In this document: piece after piece, positions 1 through 12,429 of the stretch
Layout: each line of letters begins with the position of its first letter
Numbering within the stretch: the first letter of the stretch is position 1
Origin: Girardia tigrina
Taxonomy: Eukaryota
DNA: 55,087 nucleotides
Assembly: GCA_001938485.1 (NCBI GenBank)
Contig: MQRK01254460.1
Coordinates: 1 to 55,087 of the forward strand
Direction of reading: 5' to 3'
The notes under the pieces: model-generated
Told to the model about the DNA's origin: nothing
Database searches by the model: none
What the model saw: only the letters and a program-made list of their open reading frames with translations
Made by a program: the position numbers and the translations under genes

Positions 1-37
1 CTGAAGATGGTGGAAAATCCACCGAAATATATTGCAA
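1..37 (+). ncRNA. Minimal type I hammerhead ribozyme core, Penelope-like pseudo-LTR; 5' strand of stem I cut off by the window edge
   Basis: CTGAAGA (1-7), T, stem II GGTGGA/aaa/TCCACC (9-23), GAAA (24-27), palindromic ATATAT (27-32), putative N17 at 33; AATAAA follows at 36-41. Confidence 0.6.
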
Positions 38-681
38 TAAAATTTGATTTTAATGGCGTTCTTAATTATAAAATTTTGCCATTATTTTTTAAATTTCTTA
101 TTAAAAATTATTCCTGAAAGTTCACTTTATCATTGGAATATCCATTACATTCACATTTACGCAAAAATTTCCATGTAGCAATGTTTTTTTTTCAGTCCAT
201 GCTTTTAGAAGTCGTTTCCAGCAAGTTAAAAAAACTTTTTATGTATAGATAATATTATAATCTAATACTTTAACCAAGAAGAAGTTTAAAAACCAGATAA
301 ACATAAATAAGAAATCCGAAAAAAATAACATAAGTCTGTTGATAGTAACTATCTTAAAAAAACGTTAGTATTTTCAGCACATTACAACGCTACATCTTCT
401 ATGCTCCTTTCTTGTATGCTGATCGATATTTAAACTTCTTTTTAACCTCCTGTTAATTGTAATTTAATATATTATTTGAATGTTTAAAAATATTATATTT
501 TATTTACAATATCGCGTGTAAGTTTGAACAAATTGAGATGAAACAAAAAACAAAATCACGATTTTAAAAATGTTTATTGAAATACACTTTTTTATACGCT
601 TCCCAAAAACCCAGAATATTCCATTAATCATTATATCGCGTAACAGTTAAGTGATCCTTCAAAATCCATAAGCGTTCATAG

Positions 682-1236
682 GAGGCACTTTACAATTGCG
701 TAAAGACAATTGCGTACACACGGGACAATTGTGTAGAGATTATGAAATTATTATTAATTATTATTAAATTATTAAGGGATTTGAATGATATGATGACACC
801 TATATACAATTCATTTCACGAATTCTGTTTTATTAACAGTTAATTATATTTTTAAAATAACAAGCGAAAAATACAAAGAAATAAATAGATTCATTAATCA
901 TTTATTGAAAATTATTGATAAAATTAATTTGATTAAAATTTTAGAGCTATTTTTTATTAAGTTATTTGCTAATCTCCTCAGATACTTCAGTTTGTCCCCC
1001 TCAATATTGTATTCATTGACTTTAATCTGTAACGGTTTTAGTGTTAGTGTTAGAGTTCAAGTTAAGATTAGGGTTATGATTATGGTTAGGGTTAGGATTA
1101 GAGCTAATGTTATGGTTAGGGTTGGGGTTAGTGTTATGAATTAGTGCTACGGTTTATTTAATATAAAATAATTCATTTTTTAATTTATAAATTTTTATGT
1201 ACACAATTGTCTTTCCGCAATTATCTTTAAGCATTT
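682..1236. mobile_element. Non-autonomous inverted-repeat element (MULE-like) with internal degenerate TTAGGG repeats
   Basis: AATTGCGTAAAGACAATTGCGTACA (~694-718) is the inverse of TGTACACAATTGTCTTTCCGCAATT (~1198-1222); direct repeat TTCATAG at 675-681 and 1237-1243. Confidence 0.55.
1033..1152 (+). repeat. Degenerate 6-bp telomere-like array (GGTTAG/GTTAGN)
   Basis: gttagtgttagagttcaagttaagattagggttatgattatggttagggttagg...; explains the spurious VRVR ORF at 905-1144. Confidence 0.8.
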
Positions 1237-3541
1237 TTCATAGAACCAAATTATTGAGTCTTGTGAACGCAAATTTGATATTTTTAAAAAATAATATCAA
1301 ACAAAAATAATATTAACATTTTATTACATTACCATCGGAAAATTAAATTCAGAATCATATACAATAATCAATTTCTTAAAAACGCTTAATACAAAATTGT
1401 TTTTATACGAAGTGTTAGAATTATGAGTTCATACTTTTATAATATTACACTTTTTGAATTTATTATTTCAAATTAATTAATATAAACTAAATAAATGAAT
1501 ACATAAAATATTATTATAAAACATTGTTTTCATGGAAGTTTATGAAACAAAAAGATCACATATAAATATAATACGATGTAATATAATAATTCTAATTCCT
1601 TCCAAGTTGGTCATAGTTTCATTTAGAAGCGGTTTTAGTGACAGAATTAATATTTTATTTAACCGATTACATGACAGTTTATGTGCGTTATTTACCATTA
1701 AAATGCCATAAAAGAGCCATAAAACCACAGTCAATGAAGGCCAGTAGTATTATTAAAAAAATAATTCACAACAACACCGGTTAAAAGACAGAAGAAAAAT
1801 AAAAAAAGGATAATAAATTATACAACAGGAATCAAACCGTTGACGTGTCAGACACTTTCGAAGTACTAAACGTAACTTTTTACTAATAAAAATATATAAT
1901 ATTTTCTCACGGACAAAATAATCACAATATAAAATTTATATTATTTATTAAAGAACTAACTTTCATAACTAAGTTCCTTTTATATTATCTTAAATAGAAT
2001 TTTCATATACATATATCATTAATTTAAATAAATTATTAATTAAAAACTTCTTTTTTACAATGTTTTTTTTCCAAATTACTAATTTTTTTCAAACTTTATC
2101 AAATTAAACTAAAAAAAAAATTTGTATTTAGACTTGAATAATTACTTTCAAACTTTTGATCTTATGTTAAAAATATAATTTTGTTGTTTAAAGAAAGGAA
2201 ACCAGTCTGCAGATATTCAGATTAATAAGAATGATTTATGAAAAAACATATTTTTATACAAAATATTTTCTTTTTTCAATTAAATTTCAGAAAAAAATAA
2301 TTTTTTCATCTTTTAGTATGCTAAAATTTATTTATTTAAATTTTTTGTTGTCAAAGAAAATTAATTAAAATAATAATAATTATTAATTAAAAATTTATAT
2401 TATTAATTATGAATTTCTTATTCATTTCTATTTATAATTTCATTTCATTTTTTATAAATTAACAATATAACACGTTTAATAAAAAAAGAATTCGAAAATG
2501 TAAATTTAAAAAAAGAAAAGAAAAAGATTTTACCAATACAAAAAAAATTTAAAAAAATATTTAAATTTTATTCAATTAAATCAAAATAAATGATGAATTG
2601 ATAAATGATAATTAGAATTTTTCTTGGTTAATCATAATTACTGTAATTTAATAAATTTATTAACTTTGATTTTCTTGAAAAATATAAAGAAAAAAATTTC
2701 ATTTGAATAATTAAAATTTCACCCAAATTATTTTGATTCTGACAACAAAATAAACTGCTGTTAAAATTACTTTAAATAAATTTTACAATTTAGAAAAAAA
2801 ATAATTATTAAATTATTAATTAATATTAAAATAATTAACAAAGTTTTTCGATTATTTTCAAACAAACTCGGAAACTAATTAAAAAAATACAAATATCAAA
2901 TTTCAATAAATATTCGATCACAAATGTAAAATTATTCGACAAATTATAATTTTCGTTCTCGTATTAATTTAGGAATATTTTATTTAAAAAAATTAATAAA
3001 ATATTTGACGAATTTGTTTTCATTGTCATTTAAATGTTTATTAATTTATCATTAATTTCAAATTAATTAATTGGCCTAATTAATTAATTAAATTAATAAT
3101 TATAAATTAATAAATTATTTAATCAGTCTAATTAATTAAATTAATTAATTGACCAGAAAAGAAAGAATGTTAAAAATCAATAATAATCAGTAAAATGTAT
3201 TTATTTATTCATTTAATTTTTAAAATATTTTTTGTTGATAATTTATTTAATAATTGAATATTCGAAATGCTGTCGAATAAATTTTTCTAATCATTTTTAT
3301 TAGTTTACAAAAGTTTCAAATGTTTTTCATGATAGTTAAAATTTATTTCCTCAATTATTTGTTTTTATTCAAATTGAATTGATATTATATTCGCTATCTT
3401 TATTTATATCTGAAAATATTTTCTCTTTCCCAACAACAATCTTTAACTAAAATTGATTTTTACTATTTTTTGCATTATAAATATCGCTGAATCGATTGCT
3501 ATATTTATACATTCATATGTATATACATATATTTATGTATA

Positions 3542-3776
3542 CATTTTTAAAATGAATTTGAACTTTTGCAAAATGAAATTAAACTTCGGTATTAAGCGTC
3601 CTCGGGATTAAGTGTACTGAGATTAACACTCTCTGGATTAAGTGTCCCCATACCAACTCATCATAGAGAGTCTTTCGATTTTTTATTTATTCGATCATTT
3701 TCTCCAAAAAAAACTTTGAACTTTTTGCAAAAGTTCATTTCCATTTTGCGAAAGATTCAATTTCACTGTAAAAATG
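3542..3776. repeat. Imperfect fold-back (MITE-like) with internal GATTAAGTGT-type short tandem units
   Basis: 3542-3586 is an imperfect reverse complement of ~3731-3776; ~15-bp repeated units at ~3590-3650. Confidence 0.4.
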
Positions 3777-3989
3777 CAAGTTTCGATACGATTGGAGCAG
3801 TATCGTCACAAAAAGACTTTGATGGAAGAGAAAGAGTTATTGCATATAATTCTCATAAGATGAATAAACATGAACATGAGTAGGAGAGTCACACATCTAT
3901 ACAGCCTACAAACAACAAACTTACAAAATTCCGAATTTTCCCTCACACTATAAATATGTTAAAAAAATCATTAAATAAAAAATGATTAA

Positions 3990-5036
3990 AAGAATTTACA
4001 AAAACTGGCTCAGATTGAAAAAAGGCATTGTGCGAATAAAATATAACATAATGATAGTGCATAAAAAATGCATAAAAATAAATTTCGTTCTGAAAAATTT
4101 CATCTGAAAGATGCGCCACGCTCCGGTCGACCAGTTGAAGTTAATGGCGACAAAATAACAACACTGATCAAATCTAATCCACATATGAGGACAAGAGAAG
4201 TTGCAGAGACTCTGGAAATATCAAAATCAACTGTTAGAAGTCGTTTAAAGAAACTTGGATTCGTCAGTAAATTCGATATGTGGTTACCACATGAACTGAA
4301 AGAAATTCATTTGGTGAAGCGTATAGACATTTGAGATTCCCTTTTGAAGCGAGAACAATGTGATCAATTTTTGAAGCGCTTGATTACGGGTGACGAAAAG
4401 TCGTTTGTCTACAACAATGTGGAACGCCGACGATCATGGACAAAATGTGGTGAGCCTGCCAAAACGATCCCAAAAGCAGAAATTCACCAAAAGAAGGTTA
4501 TGTTTTCCGTCTGGTGGGATTTTAAACGAATTGTGTATTTTGAACTTCTTCCGAGGAATGAAACCATCAATTCAGACAGATATTGTGGTCAGCTGGAGAA
4601 ATCGGCTCATTCAATTCAACAGGAACGTCCTGAATTGGCAAATCGAAAAGGAGTCTAAATTTAGCATGACAACACGAGACAACATACAAGTTTGACCACT
4701 CGCCAGAAACTCTTATCACTTGGTTGGGAGGTTTTGCCGCACCCACCGTATTCTCCAGACTTGGTCCCATCGAATTTTTACTTATTTTGATCACTGCAGA
4801 ATTCCTTAAACAGAAAAACATTCGCCAGTGATGATGACGGCTTCGTTCCTAGACGGCTTTTTTGCTAATAAAGGCAAAGGTTTTTATGAATCAGGAATAA
4901 TGAAGCTACCGGAAAGGTGGAAGAAAGTGATTGAAAATAATGGAAAGTATATCGTGTAAAAATATTTGTGCATCCATGTCATTTTTTGATAATAAATATT
5001 TTAGTAAAAAACGCAATGACTTTTTGGCCAACCCAA
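3990..5036 (+). mobile_element. Mariner (Mos1/SETMAR-like) transposon, degraded, left end not found
   Basis: DAPRSGRP HTH, WLPHEL, ITGDEK, KKVMFSVWW, HDNTRQH, PPYSPDLVPSN; stops and frameshifts; right TIR ...GACTTTTTGGCCAACCCAA followed by TA. Confidence 0.92.
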
Positions 5037-6372
5037 TATAAGTTATACTTTGTTTCTCCACTAGATAATCAAGGTAAACCTTCGACTTCACATATCAGAC
5101 CCCTAGTAGTTCCAGTAACCTTCGTGATTGGTTAAAAGGCATAAGAATGTATTACCTTTCGTGAAACCAATAATTTTGATAGATATCACAGATTATCACA
5201 GAAATTGATATTTTTGTGTTGTTAAAACAAGTTAATTCCCTTTATAAGTAATTTGAAAATTTATTTAAGTGAAGAATCGTTATGGAGATTTGTTCCTCAT
5301 GATATTTCTATGTCATACTCAAAAGCATTTTAAACAGTATTATGCATTTAATGTGAATTGTTTATGGTGTAGAGTTTTCATATAAATAGTTTGTGCTTTA
5401 TACAACTTCCAATTCGAAGACATTCTTAGAGGTTGAGAATAATGACCGTATTTACAATCTAAATAGTTCTTATTAAATACAAGTAACGTTTAATGTCTAA
5501 GGATGTTACATATAAACTCTACGAAAACAATGTCATCAATTAGTGACATTTATTTCTAATAAAGAATAACTCTATCTTTAACTTTACATAAAGTAAATTT
5601 TTGTGTTGTCTCAAAAACATATCACTAATGAATGAAGTCTGTTACTAGATTCATTTAAACTTGGTCTGAAAGATGTACTATTACACGAAAAAAACAAAAC
5701 ACTAAGTATTCTAATTAACCCTCAATGTACCTAAATAAATCGCATTATAACTTACATGTCATTCCTAATTCATCAATGAAAGGATTCACCAGTAAAACAT
5801 TTGTGGTGATCTGAAATGAGTTTGCTAATTGGAATGAGAAGATGATTGATCAAGCAATACTGTTTCCTTTGTATGATGGTTGAACAAGCAACATCTGATC
5901 CTTATTTCAAGGGTAAATTGAAGTTTAAACAAATTTACATATCGTTGAGCAACAAACATTATATTTATCATGTCTACATAAAAAAACTGAGTTCGATGGA
6001 ATTTGTTATCGAAGTAATAAGGAATGTAAGAAATTATATTAAATAGAAAAAGACTAATGCTACAAAAGTTGTTTCAATAGTATTTACTTTGATCAAACTT
6101 AGTGTTTCTTCTTTCACAATTATAATTATTTCTAGTCCATAATTTTTTTTAGAATCCACAACTCCCCAAGAAATCGGCCAACCTAAATAGCATCCTCATA
6201 TAGATCCCATAATTACAATTCTTGTCATTTTCTACTCATTTAAATGTTTAAACATTAATGTACTATTTTATTTTATTATTAAAGATTCCCCATTTATGAG
6301 AAATCTTATTTTTATTTTTGTTAAACGTATAACGATAAATCGAATTCTTAATGGGTAATAATTTTATTTTAG

Positions 6373-6632
6373 TGGAGAATTCAGAATCTTCCTCCTAATG
6401 GGGACGAAGTTTACGGGGTTTGTGATGTTCAACAGCAGTCGGCCAACAGTTGGCTCCGGTCACCGTTTATCCCCCGGGATAAAGGAATAATCCTCTACAT
6501 CAATGTTTCCTATACGATGAGAGAATGCAAGAGCTATCCCGATCCGAACTCTTTGAAACATTGCGAAGAAATATTCACACTTTACAAATATGAATCAGAT
6601 TCGCAGAACGAAATTATTCAATACAACGAGAA
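6373..6632 (+). CDS. Eph: Eph receptor exon: ligand-binding domain, first part
   Basis: tttag|TGG; WRIQNLPPNGDEVYGVCDVQQQSANSWLRSPFIPRDKGIILYINVSYTMRECKSYPDPNSLKHCEEIFTLYKYESD matches the Eph LBD pattern (YxVC, WLR, MRxC, CxExFxLY); AA|gtacaa, phase 2; missed by the ORF track. Confidence 0.93.
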
Positions 6633-7399
6633 GTACAATTTTTAAACAGTCAAAAATTAATTTAATAAATTTAATATTACAAACACAAAATTTTAGTGAA
6701 AGAAAATGAACAACAATAATTTGAAAGACTGTTTTTATTTTTTCTTTAATTTCAGATATGATTTATGAAAACGAAAATTGAAATCGACAAATATAAATAA
6801 AAACGACAAACGCTAATTAGTCGCTATAAATAATTAATAAATAATTTTCCGATTCTCTAAAAATTTATTTATTTTTATTCAAGATATCTACAAATTGAAA
6901 AAAAAGAATAATTTATAAATTTAAAATCACAATTTTTCTTTTTTGAAAATAAAGCAATCAAAGATTGAAAATGAATATTTTATTTGTTCTTGTCACAAAG
7001 AAGGATTTGATTTATTATATAAAATATTATTTTATACTTTTTGTAGTTGGTGAACCTTCTCAAACATTGCTCAACTTTTATCATTGGAATAATGTAAGTA
7101 TACTTACTTCACAAGAAATAATGGCCGATTTTGTTGTTATGTTGGTACGCGGTCAAAACTGCTTTGTTTATAAATTTTTACAAATTTTTTGTTAGTTTAT
7201 TTAATTTGTCACAAAATATATTTATATATCACAAAAATAAGTAAAAAAACACAAACAATCGAAATAGTTTACCACTTTTTATTTATTATGAGAATCATCA
7301 GCAATAAACTTTTCAAATAACCAAAAAGAATGAATAAACACTTTATATAAGAGTTTTATTATAAAAACTTTATTTTATGAGTACGACATATATGCAATT

Positions 7400-8070
7400 A
7401 CTCGTAGAAATGTAAATCTGTCAGTCTGTTGATATGATCCTATCACACGCGGAACTTTTTACAAAGATTTCTATAACGTTTTTCAGAAATATTTCGAACT
7501 GCAGTAGCTCCTTGAAGGCAAGACGAAAGTTGGAGAATACTATCACGTTTCAAGCCTTCAATGAACCGCAACATAGAATGATAATGATATGTTATAAAAG
7601 AATGAATTTCCTTGGGCCATACTTCGCATACATTGTTTGTTCTTGTTATTCTTTCTGTCGCAGAGTCTCTTTGATTCCATAAGTCGAGTTCAAATATTGG
7701 AAGTCCATAGTTATCTCCCCTTCCACCATTTATATGTTCAAAGTATGTAACAAATTGATCAATATATTCATTCTGTGACATAACACTCACCAAAATTCCA
7801 AATGTCTCAAGGATATCGCTGCTAGGAACATGAGATATTGCAGATAAGGATCTATTTAAACATCTTGTATCATCAATTTGTTCCTGAACTTTTCTCAATA
7901 CACTCCGATTGAGATGGTAATAACATCCTTTAATCCTTTAGCTTCTGGATAGTGCTACTTAAATGCCTCTAAAAGTTTCAAAGTCTAAGATAATTTGTTC
8001 TGGATTTCCCGTGGGCACAAGACGTTTGATCTTCATTACAAGCCTATGGTAAATTCGATTTGTTTAATAT
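7400..8070 (-). mobile_element. MULE/Mutator transposase remnant
   Basis: ORF 7443-7898: FVTYFEH...PIFELDLWN...RTNNVCEVW, typical MULE C-terminal motif. Confidence 0.8.
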
Positions 8071-8294
8071 AGTATAATTGAATTGATTTTTCTAATTCTT
8101 TGAGAAATGATTTCATTATTATATTAATGCCTTTTTTCTTTTAAAATAATATCTATCTATAAACAAGGCAGTTTTGACCTAGAATCGTCTTGTCGTCTAA
8201 GTTAAACTAAGTTAAATCAAAAATTAATTTTTTTGTATTCATTCTTTATCCATACAGAACTCTACTTTGCGAACAAAAAAATCTTTTTAAATTT

Positions 8295-8430
8295 ATATTG
8301 TTCAGAAACTCCGATTGAACCGTTTTTGCTCAATTCTAAGACATTGGAAAGTTTTTTCTGATAAACTTTTCGCATTACTATTTATTACCATCGAAAATGA
8401 GTAAATATAAAAAATTTTGGAGATAATTTG
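8295..8430 (+). repeat. Dispersed repeat, copy 1 (copy 2 at ~15238-15375)
   Basis: atattgttcagaaactccgattgaaccgttttt...gaaaatgagtaaat aligns by eye with atattgttcaggaactccgatgggaccgtttt...aaaaatgagtaaat. Confidence 0.65.
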
Positions 8431-9446
8431 GAGAAAAGAGAGAGAGACGAAGTAAGCTAATATAGCGAATGGAAAAATGGATATAAATCCAACAATCTTT
8501 TTTTTTTAATTTTTTTTTTAACGAAAATGAAAGAAGAATTAACCACGACTGAAACGGTGACCAAACGAAAGCCCACGCATGTATTTTTATTTATATACGA
8601 GTTTATAGACACTTCATTTGCAGGGGTAGGCTTAATTTTGGCGGTTATTTTAGCGCTGTTCATTTCGGTGCCAAATTTTGTAAAACCGACTTATGAACCA
8701 CGCTTTCATATTTTTATATTTTTAGTATTTAAAATTTATTGTTATCAATGAATTTAAGTGGATAAATTTTAAAAGGTTAATGGAAGATTTTTTTGAGTGT
8801 GATTTCTTTACCTGCAAAAATTGATTTATTTTATTTTTTGATAATTTTTTTTCTAATAATCTTTGACTAAATAATGATTACTTTCAGGTCTTTCCTTTAG
8901 GGTTGATACAGTACACTCTTATTTCTTTTTCCTTCAAATACAAAATACCGAAAATGAAATCCTTTAAAATATAATATAAATTGGATATACTCATAATTTA
9001 TTTGGACCATAATTTTGTAACAATCGTTTTCAACGAAAATATAATGTATAATAAAGAATTGTTTACAGCAATTATATTTTTATTTCATCATATATTATTT
9101 ATATTTTCCAATTTTAGTAATATTGAATGAATCCTAATAAAACCTTTTTTCGTGTTACAAATATTATATTTTTTTTCATTATATTATTTATTTAATGTTT
9201 CTTATACAAAAATAAACACATCATATATATAAACATAAATAAACACAGTAAATATAAATAATCTGTAATATATTAATCTATTTCTTGAAAGTTTCATAAT
9301 TGAAAACAAATTCTCGAAAAAGATATAAGGATCACTTGAGAATTACTTTTTTATCTTTGGTTTGTTTTGTATAAAATTTTATTGTTTCTCTCTCAATGCT
9401 GCTTTAATAAATAAGAATCCGAAGTTAGGAAAAATCATCATTTTAC

Positions 9447-9636
9447 GTATTGTAGGGCAAATAGATCATTAATAGAAATTACACGAGAAAGTCATTCAAA
9501 CTTTCCGTAGGTATACGACGCTCGGAAGATTATCCCGGGCAATTATGGAATAACAATTTGATAATTTAATTATGTGGAATGACTTTTCTTCTGCAAACTC
9601 CACAAATTAGATGGTTGGGAAATTCTTGTCGATTTT
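9447..9636 (-). mobile_element. Possible hAT BED-finger remnant
   Basis: Minus frame NHLICGVCRRKVIPHN*IIKLLFHNCPG*...LNDFLV*FLLMIYLPY resembles a BED zinc finger followed by an LP(F/Y) motif. Confidence 0.3.
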
Positions 9637-10153
9637 CTGAGGAAAAAAAATAATAACTGTTCTTTTTTGTATTTCAATCAATTTCCATTGAGGTATTTAT
9701 TTTTTTTTGATTTTTTGAGCAGTTATAAAATAAATAATAATTTAATTTTAAGTATTAAATCGATAAAAAGATACATTTTTTATATTGAAAAAATGTTAGT
9801 TTGAAATAGTAGAAGTCTCACGAGTATTAAATTATATTTTATAAAAAAAGTATTTTATTTTGTTTTGGTTTTAATGGACGAAAATACGTTTTTGAAATTT
9901 CATTACATGGATTTTTAAGAGGAAATTATATTATTTTTGATTTTTTTTGTATAATATAATTTTTTTTGTATAATATATATTTTTTTTTAAAAAAAATTAT
10001 TTTAAAGATTTTTTTTAAATTAAAAATATCAACGTTTTACTTCATATCAACCTTTATGACGTGTTCTCGCATTGTTTTCACGAAATGTTAAACGTTTTGA
10101 TAATTTATATCAGCAGTTACGGGATCTTTCCTCATGAGTAACTTATAGAACTA

Positions 10154-12207
10154 CTGTGTTCTCTCGAATATAAGACATCCCCTAGTTTTTAGTAATCCCC
10201 CCAGCAAAATCTTATGAAAAATAGATTTATTACCTTTTCTTATGCACTTCTTCTTCTCAACTTTTTTTTAGAAAAAAAACTAAATTAAAATTTAAAAAAT
10301 AAAAATTATATATAATTATATATTATAGTTACCGTAAATTCCTGACTATAAGCCGCACTTAAAAACATGAAATGAGTCATAATTTAAAAGTTGCGGCTTA
10401 TACGTTAATGTTTTAAGTGCTCAATAAAATATTTGAAATTAATTTAAATATTTGTTTAAATATTCTTTAAACAAGTCATAATTCAAAATTTTTTACGGTA
10501 TATTTTTATTTTACGGTTAGTTTACGTTATAATAAATTATTTCAATTTTAGCCATGAACCGATCTTCATATACCTCAGAGTGGAAATTAAGAGCAATTAA
10601 ATTAGCTCAATCAAATGGAAATCGTAAAGCTGCATTATAACTCAATGTCAATGAGTCAATGATCAGAAGATGGAGAAAGCAAGAAGATGAGTTGAGACAA
10701 GTTAAAAAATCTCGTAAGAGCTTTCGCGGAAACACTCCAGATGGACACATCTTTAAGATGATCTTAAGAAGTGGGTCTATGAAATGAGATCCGTTGGTAG
10801 AAGCATTTCAACGGTTTCTATACGGCTCAAAGCCAAGACGCTAGCTAAAGAATTGGGAATTATGAATTTCTCAGGAGGACAATCTTGGTGCACCAGATTC
10901 ATGAAACGAAATAATTCGTTTGGGTGCAAAACGACATTAGCCCAACGCCTTCCTGCAGATTTTGAAGAAAAGGCCAGCATATTCCGTGAGTTTTGTCAAA
11001 CAAAAATTACAGAGAAGAATATACATTATGATAACATTTTTAATATGGATGAAGTATGATATGCTTTTGATATGCCAGCTAATCACACAATTGAACAGGT
11101 TGGTGCTAAATCAGTTCCAATTACGACAATGGGAAACGAAAAAACATCCTGTACTGTTGTTTTAGCTTGTTCTTCGAGTGGATTAAAGTTACCCCCAATG
11201 GTAATTTTTAAAAGAAAACGTTGCCTAAAGGTAAATTTCCTGATGGAGTTGTAGTAAAGGCAAATGAAAAAGCATGGATGGACGAAAAATTGATGCAAGA
11301 TAGGTTGGTGAAGTTTTTATTAAGAGACCAGGAGGGTTCTTCCACACATCATCCTCAATGCTTATCTGTGATTCAATGCGTGCACATCTTACCGAAGCTG
11401 TAAAGTCATTACTGAGACGTGCCAATACTGTCTTATCGGCTATCCATGGCGGATGGACTAAGATTGTTCAACCTCTAAATATCTCAGTCAATAAATTATT
11501 TAAAGCCAAATTAAGAAACACTTCGGAAGAGTGGATGATGTCCGGAGATCATACTTTTACTAAAACAGGTAGATAGCGAAGAGTTGACTTTGTTACTATA
11601 ACTAAATGGATTCTTGAAAGTTGGAACACTATTCCAACATCAACAATCATTAACGGTTTCATTAAGGCAGGTATTATTAATAGTTCTGGCGTACAAGGTA
11701 TAATTGAGACCAAAATTCAAGCTGTGGATTTAGATGCAGTAACTGATAGCAATTCTGAGTATCATGAAAATTTAAATGATTTAGAAAACTAATAAAATAT
11801 TTTGGTGAATATATTATTTAGTGTTATTAGTTTATTTCCTTTGAACTGATTTATTTAAAATGGGCTTAAATCATTACATTTAGTGTGCGGCTTATAATAC
11901 GGCGTATTGTACATGCGGCTTATACGTTATTGTTTTTTTTGGGAAAAGCAGGCAATGTGCGGCTTATAATACAGCCTTATAGTGCGGGAATTACGGTAAT
12001 CATTTGTTTTAATAATATTAATTAAAATGTGAGTTTTAATTTTTAATATAAATCTTTTATAGGTGATATTTCAGCAATGATGAGAGATAAAAATATCCCA
12101 CGAGAAGAAGAAATGCATAAGAAAAAGTAATAAATCTATTTTTCATAACATTTTGCTGGAGAGGATTACTAAAGACTAGGGGATGTCTTATATTCGAGAG
12201 AACATGG
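10154..12207. mobile_element. pogo-type MITE with ~105-bp TIRs, interrupted by a nested pogo transposon
   Basis: TA|CTGTGTTCTCTCGAATATAAGACATCCCCTAG... and ...CTAGGGGATGTCTTATATTCGAGAGAACATGG|TA. Confidence 0.88.
10332..11996 (+). mobile_element. pogo/Tigger (POGK-like, Brinker DBD + CENP-B HTH + DDE_1) transposon, pseudogenised
   Basis: TIRs CCGTAAATTCCTGACTATAAG / CTTATAGTGCGGGAATTACGG with TA TSD; ATG at 10554 MNRSSYTSEWKLRAI...IRRWRK; WCTRFMKR, IFNMDEV, KLPPMVIFK, CDSMRAH, QPLNISVN. Confidence 0.93.
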
Positions 12208-12429
12208 TAGATTGTCCTAAAAATACTATTTCACCAGGTAAAAAATCATTTTCCCATAAATGATTATATATTTCCATGAATGAGACGATCCTCATTTAGG
12301 GAAACGTTTTTAGAGATAAATTTCTTTCTTATACACCAATCTATATGGTACGTATTAAAATAAATACTGATTAGGAACAATTTTTTAAACAAATATTTAT
12401 TGATAATAAAGACAAACGATTATTAAAAG

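Noticed and set aside
196-413. Candidate micro-exons (196-224 and 378-413) as the missing Eph N-terminus
   Set aside because: AG/GT boundaries are present but there is no signal peptide or LLD...W motif; such sites are expected by chance
905-1144. 79-aa ORF with VRVR repeats
   Set aside because: Translation artefact of the telomere-like hexamer array
1540-1880. Slightly higher-GC block as an exon on either strand
   Set aside because: Stops in all three minus frames; the + candidate NQTVDVSDTFEVLN has no Eph similarity
6050-6230. Minus frame MGSI*GCYLGWPISWG as a NUMT or Tc1 fragment
   Set aside because: Too short and ambiguous to assign
9447-9636. Nested antisense ephrin exon, or TAA=Gln recoding
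   Set aside because: The ephrin resemblance vanished on careful re-translation; Eph exons contain no in-frame TAA and use CAA/CAG, so the standard code applies
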